Part shown: piece by piece, positions 1 through 13,039 of the stretch
How positions within the stretch are numbered: the stretch's first letter is position 1
Layout of the letters: each line of letters starts with the position of its first letter
Assembly: GCF_000026545.1 (NCBI RefSeq)
Contig: NC_011601.1
DNA length: 64,000 nucleotides
Source of the DNA: Escherichia coli O127:H6 str. E2348/69
GTDB taxonomy: Bacteria > Pseudomonadota > Gammaproteobacteria > Enterobacterales > Enterobacteriaceae
Reading direction: 5' to 3' (one strand)
Notes under the pieces: generated by a model
Told to the model about the DNA's origin: nothing
What the model saw: only the letters and a program-made list of their open reading frames with translations
Database searches by the model: none
Made by a program: the position numbers and the translations under genes

Positions 1-970
1 ACGCCGGTGTAGGTTTCTTTATCTTTACCCTGCATTACCCATAGACTGGCTCCGCCGATAATGGCGTTTTGCGGCGCGTCTTTCGCATCGGCGTCGTAAG
101 GCATCATGCCTACGCCATAGTTAAATTTGGCGTACTCGCGAATGTTGGCAAGAGAACCGGAAGAGGCGGTCGTCATCGCGCAATCACCGTTATAGAACTT
201 CTCGGTGGATTCATCCTTACGCCCAACGTAGCTGAAATCGCCCTTCTTGTTCATCTCTTCGAGCATGGCGATGTGTTTCACCTGCTCCGGCTTGTTGAAC
301 TCAAGCACCGCGTCTGTGCCGTCAAAACCGTTGTTTTTGCTGGCAAACGGCAGACCGTTCCAGGCGCTAAAGTTTTCCAGTTGGATCCAGCCCTGCCAGC
401 CGCTGGCGTAGCCGCACTTCATGCCGGAGGCTTTTAGTTTTGCGGCATAGTCCGCCAGATCCTGCCAGGTTTTCGGCGGTTGTTCCGGGTCTAATCCTGC
501 TTTCTTGAAGGCGTCTTTGTTGTAATAGAGAACGGGGGTCGAACTGTTGAACGGCTGGGAAAGTAAGTGCCCAGTTTTGCTGTCGGAGTAGTAACCGGAA
601 ACCGTCGGCACAAACTGCGACTCATCGAATTGAATCCCTGCCTCTTTAAATACGTCATACACCGGTTTAATGGCTTTCGACGCCATCATGGTGGCGGTGC
701 CAACTTCATAAACCTGCAAAATAGCCGGAGCGTTGCCGGTACGAAATGCGGCAATCCCCGCGCTTAAATTCTGTTCGTAGTTGCCTTTATAGGTCGGTAC
801 AATTTTGTAATCCGGGTTTTCGGCGTTAAAACGTTGGGCCAGAGAATCCACCTCTTTACCCAGTTCCCCTTCCATAGAATGCCAGAACGGAATGGTCGTC
901 ACTGCCTGCGCATTTGCCATTAAAGCCAGTCCGAGCGCCAGTGCTGAAGCTGTATAACGTAACGGTTTCA
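1..970 (-). CDS. ugpB: sn-glycerol-3-phosphate ABC transporter periplasmic binding protein UgpB (N-terminal part; gene runs off the window start)
   Basis: Reverse-strand reading from ATG at 970..968 gives [23 protein letters not shown]... with signal peptide; matches UgpB; open frame continues to position 1. Confidence 0.93.
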
Positions 971-1207
971 TTGATTATCTCTCTTGTTGTACCGAATGCG
1001 CGAATTCACGCGTTTTATGCTCGCGGAGTAACATGACATGCTCGAATTACAGAAAAATAACTATTTTGTTACATTTTTAAGATAGTAAGGTGTCAGAAAG
1101 ATGACAAGGCGGTGACGGCGCGAGCGAGGGAAAATGGGAGATGGGGCACGGATAAGCGGAAAAATAGAAGGTCTGAATCAAACTCTACAGATTACTCATC
1201 GTTTCAT

Positions 1208-1242
<35 letters not shown>

Positions 1243-1367
1243 AGATCGTGCAAATTCAATATATTGCAACTCACCCAGTAGGACTGATAAGCGCAGCGCA
1301 TCAGGCAATTTTACATTTGTCACCTGTCTCAAAGGAGTCTTTTGACTCCTTATCAATCAACGTGTTA

Positions 1368-2081
1368 TTACCCGCCTAAATACGCACTTCTCACCGCTTC
1401 ATTCGCCAGCAGCGCGTCGCCAGTATCGGAGAGCACTACATGGCCGTTTTCCAGCACGTAGCCGCGATCCGCCAGCTTTAGCGCCTGGTTGGCGTTCTGC
1501 TCGACAAGGAAGATGGTCATCCCCTGCTCGCGCAGTTGTTCGATGGTGTCGAAAATTTGCTGGATGATAATCGGTGCCAGCCCGAGCGATGGCTCATCAA
1601 GCAACAACAAACGCGGGTTACTCATCAAAGCGCGACCAATCGCCAGCATCTGCTGTTCACCGCCAGACATAGTGCCCGCTCGCTGAACACGGCGCTCATG
1701 CAGACGCGGAAACAGTTCATAGACCCACTTTATGCGCTCCTGGAACTGGTCGCGTTCGGCAAAAAAGCCGCCCATCGCCAGGTTCTCTTCCACCGTCATC
1801 CGCGAGAAGACGCGACGCCCTTCCGGGACAATCGCTACCGCTTCGCGCATGATTTTCGCCGTCTGCCAGTCGGTAATGTCTTTATCATCAAACACAATTC
1901 GCCCGCTGGTGGCGCGCGGATCGCCGCATAACGTGCCGAGCAAGGTGGTTTTCCCCGCCCCGTTCGCGCCAATGAGGGTGACAATCTCGCCCTGATTGAT
2001 ATGCAGGCTCACCTCATGCAGCGCCTGGATTTTGCCGTAGTGGGCGCTGACTTTGTCAAAGGACAACATGACTTTTTCCAT
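1368..2081 (-). CDS. livF: branched-chain amino acid ABC transporter ATPase LivF
   Basis: 237 aa from MEKVMLSFDKV; Walker A GANGAGKTT, ABC signature LSGGEQQ; ORF track extended 4 codons upstream by alternative start. Confidence 0.95.
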   Translation of the reverse strand: MEKVMLSFDKVSAHYGKIQALHEVSLHINQGEIVTLIGANGAGKTTLLGTLCGDPRATSGRIVFDDKDITDWQTAKIMREAVAIVPEGRRVFSRMTVEENLAMGGFFAERDQFQERIKWVYELFPRLHERRVQRAGTMSGGEQQMLAIGRALMSNPRLLLLDEPSLGLAPIIIQQIFDTIEQLREQGMTIFLVEQNANQALKLADRGYVLENGHVVLSDTGDALLANEAVRSAYLGG

Positions 2082-2082
2082 C

Positions 2083-2850
2083 TTATGCCTCACCTAAATA
2101 GGCACGGATCACGTCCGGGTTATTACGGATCTGCTCCGGTGTACCGTTTGCCAGCGGCGTCCCCTGATTGACCACGTAAATTCTGTCTGAAATCCCCATC
2201 ACCAGCTTCATATCATGTTCAATCAACAAGATAGTGATGTTGTGATGGTTACGCAGTTCGGCAATCAGCTCATCCAGCTCTTTCGTCTCTTTCGGGTTAA
2301 GACCTGCTGCCGGTTCGTCGAGCATTAAAATCTCCGGCTGCGTTACCATACAGCGGGCAATCTCCAGACGGCGCTGGTCACCATAGGCCAGGTTACTCGC
2401 CTGACGGTTGGCATGTTCCAGCAAACCAATGCGCTCAAGCCAGGTGGCGGCGCGGTCGAGCGCTTCGCTCTGGGCGCGACGGAAAGAGGGTGTTTTCAAC
2501 AGGCCGGAGAACAGCCCGGTTTTCAGTTGCTGATGCTGTCCCACCAGCAGGTTTTCAATCACCGTCATTTCACGGAACAGACGTACATGCTGGAAGGTGC
2601 GCACCACGCCCATGCGGGCAATTTGCTGCCCCGGTAAACCTTCCAGGTGCTGATCGCGCAGTAAAATGGTGCCGCCGGTGGGTTTATAGAATCCGGTCAG
2701 GCAGTTGAAGACCGTGGTTTTTCCGGCACCGTTAGGGCCGATTAACGAGACGATCTCCTGCGGGTACAGTTCAAGATTGACGTTGTTCACCGCCAGCAGG
2801 CCGCCGAAGCGCATCATCAGGCCGTTAACAGATAATAATGGCTGACTCAT
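2083..2850 (-). CDS. livG: branched-chain amino acid ABC transporter ATPase LivG
   Basis: 255 aa [11 protein letters not shown]...; Walker [10 protein letters not shown]; operon context. Confidence 0.95.
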   Translation of the reverse strand: MSQPLLSVNGLMMRFGGLLAVNNVNLELYPQEIVSLIGPNGAGKTTVFNCLTGFYKPTGGTILLRDQHLEGLPGQQIARMGVVRTFQHVRLFREMTVIENLLVGQHQQLKTGLFSGLLKTPSFRRAQSEALDRAATWLERIGLLEHANRQASNLAYGDQRRLEIARCMVTQPEILMLDEPAAGLNPKETKELDELIAELRNHHNITILLIEHDMKLVMGISDRIYVVNQGTPLANGTPEQIRNNPDVIRAYLGEA

Positions 2851-4124
2851 GCCTGCTCTCCTTTTGCTGCGCCGTTTTTCAGCTTGAGTTGCGGGCGCGT
2901 CATGGGCAGCAAGCCCTGCGGACGCCAGATCATCATCAGCACCATCAAACCACCGAGCATTAACATGCTGTATTCGTTGAAATCACGCATCAACTCGCGC
3001 GATACCACCAGCAAAACAGCCGCCAGAATCACTGCAAACTGCGAGCCCATACCGCCGAGCACCACTATCGCCAGCACAAACGCCGATTCGGCAAAAGTGA
3101 AGGATTCAGGGCTGACAAAGCCCTGGCGCGCAGCAAACAACGTTCCGGCAAAACCGGCAAACGCAGCGCTGATGGTAAAGGCAGTCAGCTTGATACGACG
3201 CGGGCTTAAGCCCAGCGAACGACAAGCGATTTCATCTTCACGCAACGCTTCCCACGCACGCCCCAGCGGCATCCGCAGCAGGCGGTTAATGACAAACAGG
3301 CTTAACGCCACCAGCAGCAACGCCACCAGGTAGAGGAAAATGACGCGATCGGAGGGATCGTATTTCAGGCCAAAGAAATTACTGAACGTGTCCCAGCCGC
3401 CTTCACGGGCGGTACGGCTGAACTCGAGTCCGAAGAGCGTCGGTTTCGGAATCTGACTGATACCGTTCGGTCCGCCGGTAATTTCGGTGTTATTGAGCAG
3501 CAATATGCGCACAATTTCGCCGAACCCGAGGGTAACGATCGCCAGATAGTCACCGCGCAGACGCAGCACCGGAAAACCGAGCAGGAAGCCCGCCGCCGCC
3601 GCCATTAACCCGGCAATCGGCAGACAGGTCCAGAAGCCCAGACCGTAATAGTGATTGAGCAGCGCAAAAGTGTAAGCGCCGATGGCGTAAAAGCCGCCGT
3701 ATCCCAGCACCAGCAGACCAGAAAGACCAACAACCACGTTCAGCCCGAGACCGAGAATAATGTAGATCATGGTCAGAGTGGCGATATCCACCGTCCCACG
3801 CGACACCATAAATGGCCACGCCACTGCAAGCACCAGCAGCGCCACGAGGAACAGTTTCTGCTTCACCGTGGAGCCATCAATCGCGGGCAGAATAAACTTC
3901 GGCCCGGAAACGCTTTTTAGCCCTTTCTGGAAAGCAGGCCGCACAAGCTGGAAGAAAAAGACCACCGCCGTGCCGATAAACACCCACTGCCAACGGATCT
4001 CTGAAGCCGTGTCGACCACCAGTTTGGTGCCATCCAGCTCCAGTTGCACGCCCATAAAGACGCCCGCCAGCACAAAGAACATAGCGGCAGAGAGCAGCGC
4101 CATTGCAATATGCATCGGTTTCAT
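2847..4124 (-). CDS. livM: branched-chain amino acid ABC transporter permease LivM
   Basis: 425 aa polytopic membrane protein; 4-nt overlap with livG start. Confidence 0.94.
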   Translation of the reverse strand: MKPMHIAMALLSAAMFFVLAGVFMGVQLELDGTKLVVDTASEIRWQWVFIGTAVVFFFQLVRPAFQKGLKSVSGPKFILPAIDGSTVKQKLFLVALLVLAVAWPFMVSRGTVDIATLTMIYIILGLGLNVVVGLSGLLVLGYGGFYAIGAYTFALLNHYYGLGFWTCLPIAGLMAAAAGFLLGFPVLRLRGDYLAIVTLGFGEIVRILLLNNTEITGGPNGISQIPKPTLFGLEFSRTAREGGWDTFSNFFGLKYDPSDRVIFLYLVALLLVALSLFVINRLLRMPLGRAWEALREDEIACRSLGLSPRRIKLTAFTISAAFAGFAGTLFAARQGFVSPESFTFAESAFVLAIVVLGGMGSQFAVILAAVLLVVSRELMRDFNEYSMLMLGGLMVLMMIWRPQGLLPMTRPQLKLKNGAAKGEQA

Positions 4125-5047
4125 ACTTTCTCTACCTCCGGGCGCCCCAGAATACCGGTCGGCATCACCAGCAGCACCAGGATCAGCAGGGCGAATGAGA
4201 CCACATCTTTATATTCCGTACTCAGATAGGCAGAAGAGAGCGCCTCCGCAATCCCCAGGATCAGCCCGCCAATCATCGCCCCCGGAATGCTGCCAATCCC
4301 ACCGAGCACCGCAGCGGTAAAGGCTTTCATCCCGGCCATAAAGCCGATGTAGGGGTTAATTACGCCGTAGAACTGACCGAGCAGCACGCCCGCCACTGCC
4401 GCCATCGCCGCGCCAATCACAAAGGTCAGCGCAATCACCCGGTCGGTGTTGATGCCAAGCAGGCTCGCCATTTTCAGATCTTCCGCGCAGGCACGGCAGG
4501 CTCGCCCCATACGGGAATAGCGAATGAAAATCGTCAGTGCCAGCATGGCGAGGAAGGTGACAATCCAGATAACCGCCTGCATGGTAGTAATAGAGGCAGA
4601 GAAGTTTTCGCTATGACCCACTACCCACTGACCGTTAAACAGGCTGGGCAGCGCCACGTCGCGCGAACCTTCGGTCAGGCTAACGTAGTTTTGCAGGAAG
4701 ATAGACATACCGATTGCCGAGATGAGTGCAATCAGGCGCTTAGAGTTGCGCACCGGGCGATAGGCTACCCGTTCGATACTCCAGCCGTAGGCGCTGGCAA
4801 TGACGATTGCGCCGACGAATCCCGCCGCCACCAGCAGCCAGCCGGTATCAATGCCCAGCATCATCAGTGCGGCGATGATCATAAAGGAGACGTAGCTGCC
4901 AATCATGTAAACCTCGCCGTGGGCGAAGTTGATCATGCCGATAATGCCGTAAACCATGGTGTAGCCGATGGCTATCAGCGCGTAGGTACTGCCCAGCGTG
5001 ACGCCGTTAAACATCTGCTGCAAGAAATACAAAAACTGCTCAGACAT
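4121..5047 (-). CDS. livH: branched-chain amino acid ABC transporter permease LivH
   Basis: 308 aa hydrophobic protein [11 protein letters not shown]...; overlaps livM start by 4 nt. Confidence 0.94.
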   Translation of the reverse strand: MSEQFLYFLQQMFNGVTLGSTYALIAIGYTMVYGIIGMINFAHGEVYMIGSYVSFMIIAALMMLGIDTGWLLVAAGFVGAIVIASAYGWSIERVAYRPVRNSKRLIALISAIGMSIFLQNYVSLTEGSRDVALPSLFNGQWVVGHSENFSASITTMQAVIWIVTFLAMLALTIFIRYSRMGRACRACAEDLKMASLLGINTDRVIALTFVIGAAMAAVAGVLLGQFYGVINPYIGFMAGMKAFTAAVLGGIGSIPGAMIGGLILGIAEALSSAYLSTEYKDVVSFALLILVLLVMPTGILGRPEVEKV

Positions 5048-5094
5048 AAGGTAACCTTTCTAAACCCGCCCGTTTTTCACGAACGGTGGGATGA

Positions 5095-6204
5095 TCACTT
5101 GGCTGCCGTGGATGAACCGTCGGCATGCCACTGGAAGACACCAAAATCGAATCCCTTAAGATCGCCTTTTTCATCCCAGTTCAGCGGCCCAATTACGGTG
5201 TTTGCACCGTTAGCTTTTAAATCTTTCACCAGCGCCAGCGGCTCATCGCTGCCAGTACGTTCAAGGGCAGTTGCCAGAGATTGCACCGCCGCGTAGGTGA
5301 TCCAGACATAGGGCCCGGACGGATCTTTCTTGTCTGCTTTCAGCGCATCAACGATGCCCTGGTTTGTCGGCTCCTGGTCATAGCGTTTTGGCATGGTGAC
5401 CAACATGCCTTCAGCGGCATCACCGGCAATGTTCGACAGTGACGCATTACCGACACCTTCCGGCCCCATAAACTGGGTTTTCAGGCCAACGGAACGGGCC
5501 TGGCGCAGCATCTGCCCCATTTCCGGGTAGTAACCGCCGTAGTAAACGAAGTCGATGTTTTCTTTTTTCAGGCGGGCGATCAGCGCGGAGAAATCTTTCT
5601 CTCCAGCGGTAATGCCGTCGAAGAAGACGACGTTGGCGTTAGCCGCTTTCAGCCCGTCCTGCACCGAACGTGCCAGCCCTTCGCCATACTGTTGTTTGTC
5701 GTGAATGATGGCGATGCGCTGGGGCTTCACCGTCTCAAGAATGTATTTTGCCGCCGTTGGCCCCTGGGAAGAGTCCAGCCCGGCAGTACGCATGATGTAT
5801 TGATAACCGCGTTGGGTCAGCTCCGGATTGGTCGCTCCCGGCGAGATCATCAGAATACCTTCGTCTTCATAGATATCTGATGCAGGTTGGGTAGAGGAGG
5901 AACACAGATGACCAATAACATATTTAATGCCGTCGTTAACGATTTTGTTGGCGACCGCAACGGCTTGTTTCGGGTCGCAGGCGTCGTCATATTCCACGCC
6001 AACCAGTTTATCGCCCTTAATTCCCCCTTTGGCATTAATGTCTTTAATTGCCTGACGCGCGCCGTTAAATTCCATATCGCCCCACTGGGCAATCGGGCCG
6101 GACATCGCGCCGACAACGGCGACTTTAATATCGTCAGCCATAGCGGTGTGTGAAATTGTCAGTGCAATCATCCCTGCGATGATCGTTTTCGCATTCCGTT
6201 TCAT
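5095..6204 (-). CDS. livK: leucine-specific periplasmic binding protein LivK
   Basis: 369 aa from [11 protein letters not shown] (ATG rc at 6204..6202); signal peptide then [14 protein letters not shown]; paralog of livJ product. Confidence 0.94.
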   Translation of the reverse strand: MKRNAKTIIAGMIALTISHTAMADDIKVAVVGAMSGPIAQWGDMEFNGARQAIKDINAKGGIKGDKLVGVEYDDACDPKQAVAVANKIVNDGIKYVIGHLCSSSTQPASDIYEDEGILMISPGATNPELTQRGYQYIMRTAGLDSSQGPTAAKYILETVKPQRIAIIHDKQQYGEGLARSVQDGLKAANANVVFFDGITAGEKDFSALIARLKKENIDFVYYGGYYPEMGQMLRQARSVGLKTQFMGPEGVGNASLSNIAGDAAEGMLVTMPKRYDQEPTNQGIVDALKADKKDPSGPYVWITYAAVQSLATALERTGSDEPLALVKDLKANGANTVIGPLNWDEKGDLKGFDFGVFQWHADGSSTAAK

Positions 6205-6627
6205 AGTCAAAAATCCCCATTCGTGATGTTGTGTTGCTTTGTTCTTATGTGTTAACAAATCAGACTGTTCTTTTTTTATACTGCACTGTTTTTACCTGTC
6301 TGATTAAGGGTTTAGCGCAGTATTTTGTGATGATAGCGATTAAAATCCCTATTTTTCAGTCGATTAAGAACAGATAATATTCTGAATTTATTGATAGATA
6401 AACAGAAAAAAGCGCCCTTGTCAGCATAAAATAACGGTACAAAGGGCAGAATAATTCACTACCATTTAGGGGATTATGCTGGATATTTTTCATTCTCTAA
6501 TGTTTTAACTTTGTAATTATTGCTGAAAAAAAATTAATCACCTGCCAAAAGAAATAAAAAAGAGAAAGCCTCCGATTAAATTATTTCGCTACACTGGTTC
6601 CACTTTTGTGATTTACACGGGTTCCCC

Positions 6628-7011
6628 ATGAAGCTGACCATCATTCGATTAGAAAACTTTAGCGACCAGGACCGGATTGACCTGCAAAAGATCTGGCCGG
6701 AGTATTCCCCTTCCTCTTTACAGGTTGACGATAACTACCGTATCTACGCCGCGCGTTTTAACGAGCGCCTGCTCGCTGCCGTGCGGGTAACCTTAAGCGG
6801 CACCGAGGGGGCACTGGATTCTCTACGCGTGCGGGAAGTCACCCGACGTCGCGGTGTGGGGCAATATCTGCTGGAAGAGGTTTTGCGTAACAATCCTGGC
6901 GTTTCATGTTGGTGGATGGCGGATGCTGGCGTGGAAGATCGCGGCGTGATGACAGCGTTTATGCGAGCACTGGGATTTACGGCACAACAGGGTGGCTGGG
7001 AGAAGCATTAA
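6628..7011 (+). CDS. panM: PanD maturation/regulatory factor PanM (PanZ, YhhK), GNAT-fold
   Basis: 127 aa MKLTIIRLENFSDQDRIDLQKIWPEY...; position between livK and livJ. Confidence 0.9.
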   Translation: MKLTIIRLENFSDQDRIDLQKIWPEYSPSSLQVDDNYRIYAARFNERLLAAVRVTLSGTEGALDSLRVREVTRRRGVGQYLLEEVLRNNPGVSCWWMADAGVEDRGVMTAFMRALGFTAQQGGWEKH

Positions 7012-7040
7012 TCGTCAAGTTTGATTTCAAAAGTGATATT

Positions 7041-7140
<100 letters not shown>

Positions 7141-7198
7141 TGAAGCAACGTACTCGATATTAGCAATTTGGCGGCAACCCAAAGTTGCCGATTAATGA

Positions 7199-8302
7199 TT
7201 ACTTCGCATCAGTCGCCGTGCCGTTGGCGTGCCAGTCAAACACACCGAACTCAAAGCCTTTCAGATCGCCTTTCTCATCCCAGGTCAGCGGCCCCATCAC
7301 GGTATCCACCGAGTTCGCTTTCAGGTATTTAGCGATCTCCGCCGGATCGTCAGACTGATTCAGCCCCGCTTGCAAAGATTGCAGCGCGGCGTAGGTGGTC
7401 CAGACGAACGCGCCGCTTGGGTCCTGTTTTTTCGCTTTGATCGCGTCAACAATCGGTTTGTTCGCCGGAACCTGATCGTAGTTCTTCGGCTTGGTCACCA
7501 GCAGCCCTTCCGCTGATTCGCCCGCAATGTTAGACAGCGAGACGTTAGCCACGCCTTCTGGCCCCATAAACTGAGTTTTCAGCCCTGCCGCGCGTGCCTG
7601 ACGCAGGATTTGCCCCATTTCCGGGTGATAACCGCCGTAGTAAACGAAATCGATATTCTCTTTCTTCAAACGCGCCACCAGGGTAGAGAAATCTTTTTCC
7701 CCGGCGGTGATGCCATCAAAGAACACCACGTTAGCATTGCCTTTCTTCAGGCCGTCCTGCACTGCACGCGCCAGACCTTCGCCGTACTGCTGTTTGTCGT
7801 GAACGATAGCAATGCGTTGCGGTTTCACTTTCTCAAGAATATATTTCGCCGCCGTCGGCCCCTGGTCGGAGTCCAGGCCGGTGGTGCGCAGGATCAGCTG
7901 ATAGCCACGGGCGGTCAGCTCTGGTGCGGTTGCCGCTGGGGTGATCATTAAAATGCCTTCGTCTTCGTAGATGTCAGACGCTGGCTGCGTTGATGAAGAG
8001 CAGAGGTGACCAATCACGTATTTAATGCCGTCGTTAACGACTTTGTTCGCCACCGCAACCGCCTGTTTCGGGTCACAGGCATCGTCATATTTTACGATTT
8101 GCAGTTTGTTACCTTTGATACCACCTTTAGCATTGATATCCGCAACCGCCTGCTCTGCGCCAGTAAACTCCTGGTCACCGTACTGCGCCACCGGACCGGT
8201 CATTGCGCCTACGACGGCGACTTTAATATCTTCTGCCAGAGCCATATTGCTGAATGCCAGCGCGATACATCCTGCCAGTAACGCTTTACCCTTTATGTTC
8301 AT
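7199..8302 (-). CDS. livJ: Leu/Ile/Val periplasmic binding protein LivJ
   Basis: 367 aa from [32 protein letters not shown] (ATG rc at 8302..8300); ORF track start is an upstream extension. Confidence 0.94.
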   Translation of the reverse strand: MNIKGKALLAGCIALAFSNMALAEDIKVAVVGAMTGPVAQYGDQEFTGAEQAVADINAKGGIKGNKLQIVKYDDACDPKQAVAVANKVVNDGIKYVIGHLCSSSTQPASDIYEDEGILMITPAATAPELTARGYQLILRTTGLDSDQGPTAAKYILEKVKPQRIAIVHDKQQYGEGLARAVQDGLKKGNANVVFFDGITAGEKDFSTLVARLKKENIDFVYYGGYHPEMGQILRQARAAGLKTQFMGPEGVANVSLSNIAGESAEGLLVTKPKNYDQVPANKPIVDAIKAKKQDPSGAFVWTTYAALQSLQAGLNQSDDPAEIAKYLKANSVDTVMGPLTWDEKGDLKGFEFGVFDWHANGTATDAK

Positions 8303-8520
8303 CCTGAGAATCCCCACTCTTCTGGTTATTACGTGTGTTGTGATGTTGTTGTGCAGCACTTTATTTCGTTTTATACGTAGCTACCCGTGCTTTAGCAGCA
8401 TACTCTGCTAAAACATACCCCATTTTTATGATATTGGAATAGCTATTTTGACAGTTTATTAACAATCTGCGTGGGGATTGGCGTTTTGCCGGAAGGGGAA
8501 TTGATTATTGTAGAGGCCCA

Positions 8521-8560
8521 AAAAACAAAAACCCCGGACTCTGATCCAGGGTTCTCTGCT
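8521..8560 (-). terminator. putative intrinsic terminator of rpoH
   Basis: On the minus strand ccctgga...tccgggg stem (one G-U pair) followed by tttttgtttttt, immediately after the rpoH stop. Confidence 0.5.
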
Positions 8561-8572
8561 TAATAGCGGAAA

Positions 8573-9427
8573 TTACGCTTCAATAGCAGCGCGCAATTTT
8601 TTCATCGCGTTCTTTTCCAGCTGGCGCACACGCTCAGCGGAAACACCGTAACGGTCAGCCAGTTCCTGCAACGTGGACTTGTTGTCTTCGTCCAGCCAGC
8701 GCGCGCGGATGATATCTTGGCTACGCTCGTCCAGACCTTGCATCGCGTCGGTCAGACGGTTTGCCGCCTGCTCTTCCCAGTTATCATCTTCAATACCGTC
8801 GGCAAAGTTAGATGATTTATCCTGCAGATAGAGCACCGGAGCCATCGGCTGGCTGTCGGAATCGTCGTCGGAAGACAGGTCAAAGGTCATGTCCTGTGCC
8901 GCCATACGTGATTCCATCTCACGTACGTCTTTGCTGGTTACGCCCAGCTCACGGGCCACCATCTCGACTTCATCCTGGTTAAACCAGCCCAGACGCTGCT
9001 TGGTTTTACGCAGGTTGAAGAACAGTTTGCGTTGCGCTTTGGTGGTCGCAACTTTGACGATACGCCAGTTACGCAGAACATATTCGTGGATCTCTGCTTT
9101 GATCCAGTGAACGGCGAAGGAGACCAGGCGCACACCCACTTCCGGGTTAAAACGGCGCACTGCTTTCATCAGGCCGATGTTACCTTCCTGAATCAAATCC
9201 GCCTGTGGCAGGCCATAGCCCGCATAATTACGAGCAATATGAACAACAAACCGCAGGTGAGACAGGATCAGCGTTTTAGCTGCTTCCAGATCGCCATGGT
9301 AATGCAGCTTTTCAGCCAGCGCCCGCTCCTCGTCAGCCGACAACATCGGCCACGCGTTAGCTGCCCGGATGTAGGAATCCAGGTTGCCAACTGGGGCTAA
9401 GGCTAAACTTTGCATTTTGTCAGTCAT
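8573..9427 (-). CDS. rpoH: RNA polymerase sigma-32 (heat shock sigma factor)
   Basis: 284 aa [53 protein letters not shown]...; sigma-70 family regions 2 and 4; RpoH box QRKLFFNLR. Confidence 0.97.
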   Translation of the reverse strand: MTDKMQSLALAPVGNLDSYIRAANAWPMLSADEERALAEKLHYHGDLEAAKTLILSHLRFVVHIARNYAGYGLPQADLIQEGNIGLMKAVRRFNPEVGVRLVSFAVHWIKAEIHEYVLRNWRIVKVATTKAQRKLFFNLRKTKQRLGWFNQDEVEMVARELGVTSKDVREMESRMAAQDMTFDLSSDDDSDSQPMAPVLYLQDKSSNFADGIEDDNWEEQAANRLTDAMQGLDERSQDIIRARWLDEDNKSTLQELADRYGVSAERVRQLEKNAMKKLRAAIEA

Positions 9428-9671
9428 TCAAATCCTCTCAATCGATATCTTCTGGCGCTTCAGTGGTAGCAACAACTGTGCCAGAGCTTAAGAGCAACGA
9501 GGTTATCATTCACTGTTTTATCAGACAGTGATTTTATCCACAAGTTCAATGCAACGCTGTGAATAAATTACGCACAAAATGTGACATAGAGATGAAATAC
9601 CGGGAAGAGACAACGGGGTCTCTTTCCCTGCTACGGAACCCATTGCAGGGAAAGAGTATAACACGCTTTTA
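9428..9671 (-). promoter_or_regulatory. rpoH upstream multi-promoter region (individual promoters not resolved)
   Basis: 244-bp intergenic region upstream of rpoH and downstream of ftsX; rpoH is known to have several promoters here; individual -35/-10 elements were not mapped. Confidence 0.4.
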
Positions 9672-10730
9672 TTATTCAGGCGTAAAGTGGCGTAAATGTT
9701 GTACCGTGGCAAGCCACGCTGCCACCCAGCCAATCATCGAGCATACCAGCAGCAATAGCAGGCATTCATCGAACGATAAGCCATTGATATCAAACTTCGT
9801 TCCGAAAACCTGTGCCACTTCCGCAACCGCCGATGACAAACGCAGCACCAGAATTTCTGACAAAATTAGTGACAACAATGCGCCAGAAAATCCCAGCAAT
9901 GCGCCACCGTACAGGAACGGACGCAGGATGAAACCATCCGTCGCACCAATCAGTTTCTGCACGTTAATAGAATCACGGCGAGCAAAGATACTCAGGCGCA
10001 CACTGTTACCGATGACGAGGAACACTGCCGCCACCATCAATACGCCGATCATTGCCGAAACGCGCCCGACCAGCCCGGTCAACGCCGCCAGGCGGGCAAA
10101 CCAGCTGTCATCCATCCGCACTTCGTCAATGCCGTTAATCTGCGTGATACGATCACGCAGCGTATTCAGTGACTCCGTCCCCTGAAAATCGAGTTTCGGG
10201 ATCACCACCGCTACTGCCGGAAGCGGGTTTTCTTCCAGCATATCCAGCGCACCACCAAAACCAGACCAGTTACGGAACTCGCCCAGTGCGTCTTCACGAG
10301 AAAGATAATTCACTTTCTCCACGCCTTGCTCGGCCTGCAACTGTGCCACCACGCCCGCAGCGGCGTCATCATCCAGCGTTTTTTGCAGATAAACAGTGAT
10401 TTGCGGTGACGGATAATATTGCGTCGCCGCCTGGTTAACGTTTTTGTACACCATATAACAGACGCTGGGCAGCGTCAGGGAGATGGCGATAACCATCACC
10501 GTTAAAAACGTGGCGAACGGTTTGCTTTTCAGATCCTGCAATGCGCCGTGGAAGGCATAGCGTACCTGTTCGTTGAAAACGTTGGTTTTGCGATTTACCG
10601 GTTTTGGCGAGGATTTCGCGCGTTTCGGCGCGTTACGACCGCCGTCGCCAGAGCCGCCGACCGATTTACGGAAGCGATCCAGACGCCCGCCAAACTGCCG
10701 AATATGATTGATTGCATCGCGCTTATTCAT
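9672..10730 (-). CDS. ftsX: cell division ABC transporter permease-like protein FtsX
   Basis: 352 aa from [15 protein letters not shown] (ATG rc at 10730..10728); four TM segments at C-terminus; overlaps ftsE end. Confidence 0.94.
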
Positions 10731-11391
10731 GGCCCACGCCTCCATGCAAGTGACCATCGCTCAGGGTGAGCATACGATAGGAACGTCGCGAAATCAGGTT
10801 GATGTCGTGCGTTGCCATCAATACGGTTACCCCAACGCGGTTAAACTCTTCAAACAGACGTAAAATGCCTTCCGACAGCGCGTCGTCCAGGTTACCAGTC
10901 GGTTCGTCCGCCAGCAGTACCGCGGGCTTGTTCACCACCGCGCGGGCAATGCCAACACGCTGTTGTTCACCGCCGGAAAGCTGAATAGGGAAGTTCTTCG
11001 CTTTGTCCAGTAGCCCGACTTTATCCAGCGCCGCCGACACCCGGCGACGAATGTCATCACCGCTGGCACCGGCGATAATCAGCGGGATCGCCACGTTATC
11101 ATAGACAGTACGGTCCATCAGTAGATGGTGATCCTGGAAAATCATGCCAATCTGGCGGCGCAGAAACGGAACTTCACGGTTTTTCAGACGCGTGATGTCA
11201 TGGCCGCTAAACCAGATTTTCCCGGCGCTGGGCCGCTCAATCCCACAGATCAGCTTCAGGAGGGTACTTTTCCCTGCGCCGGAATGACCGGTCAGAAACG
11301 CCATCTCACCCGGCTGCATATGGAACGTAACGCCCTGCAGCGCCTGTCTCCCACCGAGATAAGCCTTGCTGACATGTTCAAAGCGAATCAT
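10723..11391 (-). CDS. ftsE: cell division ATP-binding protein FtsE
   Basis: 222 aa [14 protein letters not shown]...; Walker [24 protein letters not shown] signature. Confidence 0.96.
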
Positions 11392-11393
11392 TG

Positions 11394-12890
11394 TTAATCC
11401 TCTCGGGCAAAAAGTGCCTCTATAAAGTCGTCCGCCTTAAACGGACGCAAATCCTCAATACGTTCGCCGACACCAATGTAGCGGATAGGGATACCAAACT
11501 GGTCAGCCACCGAGAAAATTACCCCGCCTTTCGCCGTGCCGTCCAGTTTCGTTAGCGTGATGCCGGTTAAGCCAACGGCTTCGTGGAACAGTTTGGCCTG
11601 GCTTACCGCATTCTGCCCGGTGCTGGCATCGATGGTCAGCATAACTTCATGCGGAGCTTCAACGTCGAGTTTCTTCATCACGCGGACGATTTTCTTCAAC
11701 TCTTCCATCAGGTGCGATTTGTTTTGCAGGCGTCCGGCGGTATCGGCAATCAGGACGTCGATGTTACGCGCTTTAGCGGCCTGAATGGCGTCGAAGATAA
11801 CAGAAGCGGAATCCGCACCGGTATGCTGGGCAATCACCGGAATATTGTTGCGCTGACCCCAGACCTGAAGCTGTTCAACCGCTGCCGCACGGAAAGTATC
11901 GCCTGCCGCCAGCATCACCGATTTACCCTGCTGCTCAAACTGACGCGCCAGCTTACCAATCGTCGTGGTTTTACCCACACCGTTGACGCCCACCATCAGG
12001 ATCACGAACGGCGTTTTACCTTCAACATTCAGCGGCTCATCGACTTTCGCCAGAATCTCGCCCATCTCTTCTTTCAGCAGGCCATAGAGCGCCTCGGCAT
12101 CACGAAGCTGCTTGCGGGATGCGCCTTCTGTCAGATTGGTGATAATTTTACGTGTGGTTTCCACGCCCACATCGGCGATCAACAGCTGTTCTTCCAGCTC
12201 TTCAAACAGATCATCGTCGATTTTTTTACCGCGGAACAGGCTGATAAATCCGGAGCCGAGATTTTCTTTGGTTTTTAACAGGCTGCGTTTCAGGCGCGCG
12301 AAGAAACCTTCTTTGGTCGGTTTTTCCTGCTCCTGAGCGATTTCTTCCACCGGCTGCTCTTCTTCTGCCGGAGAAACCACCATTACCGCCTCTTCTGCCG
12401 CTTCGGCAGCCAGCGCCTGTGCCTCCGGCTCTTCGTCGGTGATTTCTTCTTTAGCCGCTTCTTCTTCCGCCGCTTCGACAATCTCTACGGTTTCCGCTTC
12501 GGCCTGCCACTCTTCTGGCGAAACCGCTTCGGCGTTGACGTCTTCCGGCAACGGCAGTTCTTCACGTTCGATAGCCACTGGCTCCGGCGTTTCTTCTACG
12601 ACCGGTTCCGGCTGAGCAACGACTTCCGCTTCAGGCTGCGCTTTTTCACTTTCAGCAACCTGTTCAGTAACTTCCACAACGTCGGCAGCAAAAGTTTCCG
12701 CCTCGGCTTCAGTATGCGCCTGCGGCTGCTCTTCAACGGCGTGTTCAGAAGCCTTCACAGGCTCTTGCGCCTGAACGATTTCTTCTACAACTGGTTGTTC
12801 ATTCTGAACTTCTGTCTCTTTTTCCGGGGTCTGCTCTTTTTGACCAAAGCCCAGCCAGGAAAAAAAGCCACGTTTTTTTTCTTTCGCCAT
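11394..12890 (-). CDS. ftsY: signal recognition particle receptor FtsY
   Basis: 498 aa; long acidic N-terminal domain (E/A/Q/V-rich) then SRP-GTPase NG domain with GVNGVGKTT and DTAGR motifs. Confidence 0.96.
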   Translation of the reverse strand: MAKEKKRGFFSWLGFGQKEQTPEKETEVQNEQPVVEEIVQAQEPVKASEHAVEEQPQAHTEAEAETFAADVVEVTEQVAESEKAQPEAEVVAQPEPVVEETPEPVAIEREELPLPEDVNAEAVSPEEWQAEAETVEIVEAAEEEAAKEEITDEEPEAQALAAEAAEEAVMVVSPAEEEQPVEEIAQEQEKPTKEGFFARLKRSLLKTKENLGSGFISLFRGKKIDDDLFEELEEQLLIADVGVETTRKIITNLTEGASRKQLRDAEALYGLLKEEMGEILAKVDEPLNVEGKTPFVILMVGVNGVGKTTTIGKLARQFEQQGKSVMLAAGDTFRAAAVEQLQVWGQRNNIPVIAQHTGADSASVIFDAIQAAKARNIDVLIADTAGRLQNKSHLMEELKKIVRVMKKLDVEAPHEVMLTIDASTGQNAVSQAKLFHEAVGLTGITLTKLDGTAKGGVIFSVADQFGIPIRYIGVGERIEDLRPFKADDFIEALFARED

Positions 12891-13039
12891 TTGCGACTAC
12901 ACTCCTCGCTGTTGCTTCATGGCACAGCGTTAACGCTATGTACATAGCAGCTAAAAAAATGATGAAATAGTCTATCACTTAACTTAATTCACATCACCGC
13001 CTGCAAGTATGTGTTATCTGGCGGATTGAGCAATTTATC

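Noticed and set aside
69-437. 122-aa plus-strand ORF at the window start
   Set aside because: Antisense to ugpB, which reads as a clean minus-strand frame from the ATG at 970
1331-1351. Hairpin aaggagtc tttt gactcctt downstream of livF
   Set aside because: Stem is present but there is no U-tract on the livF transcript strand; terminator function uncertain
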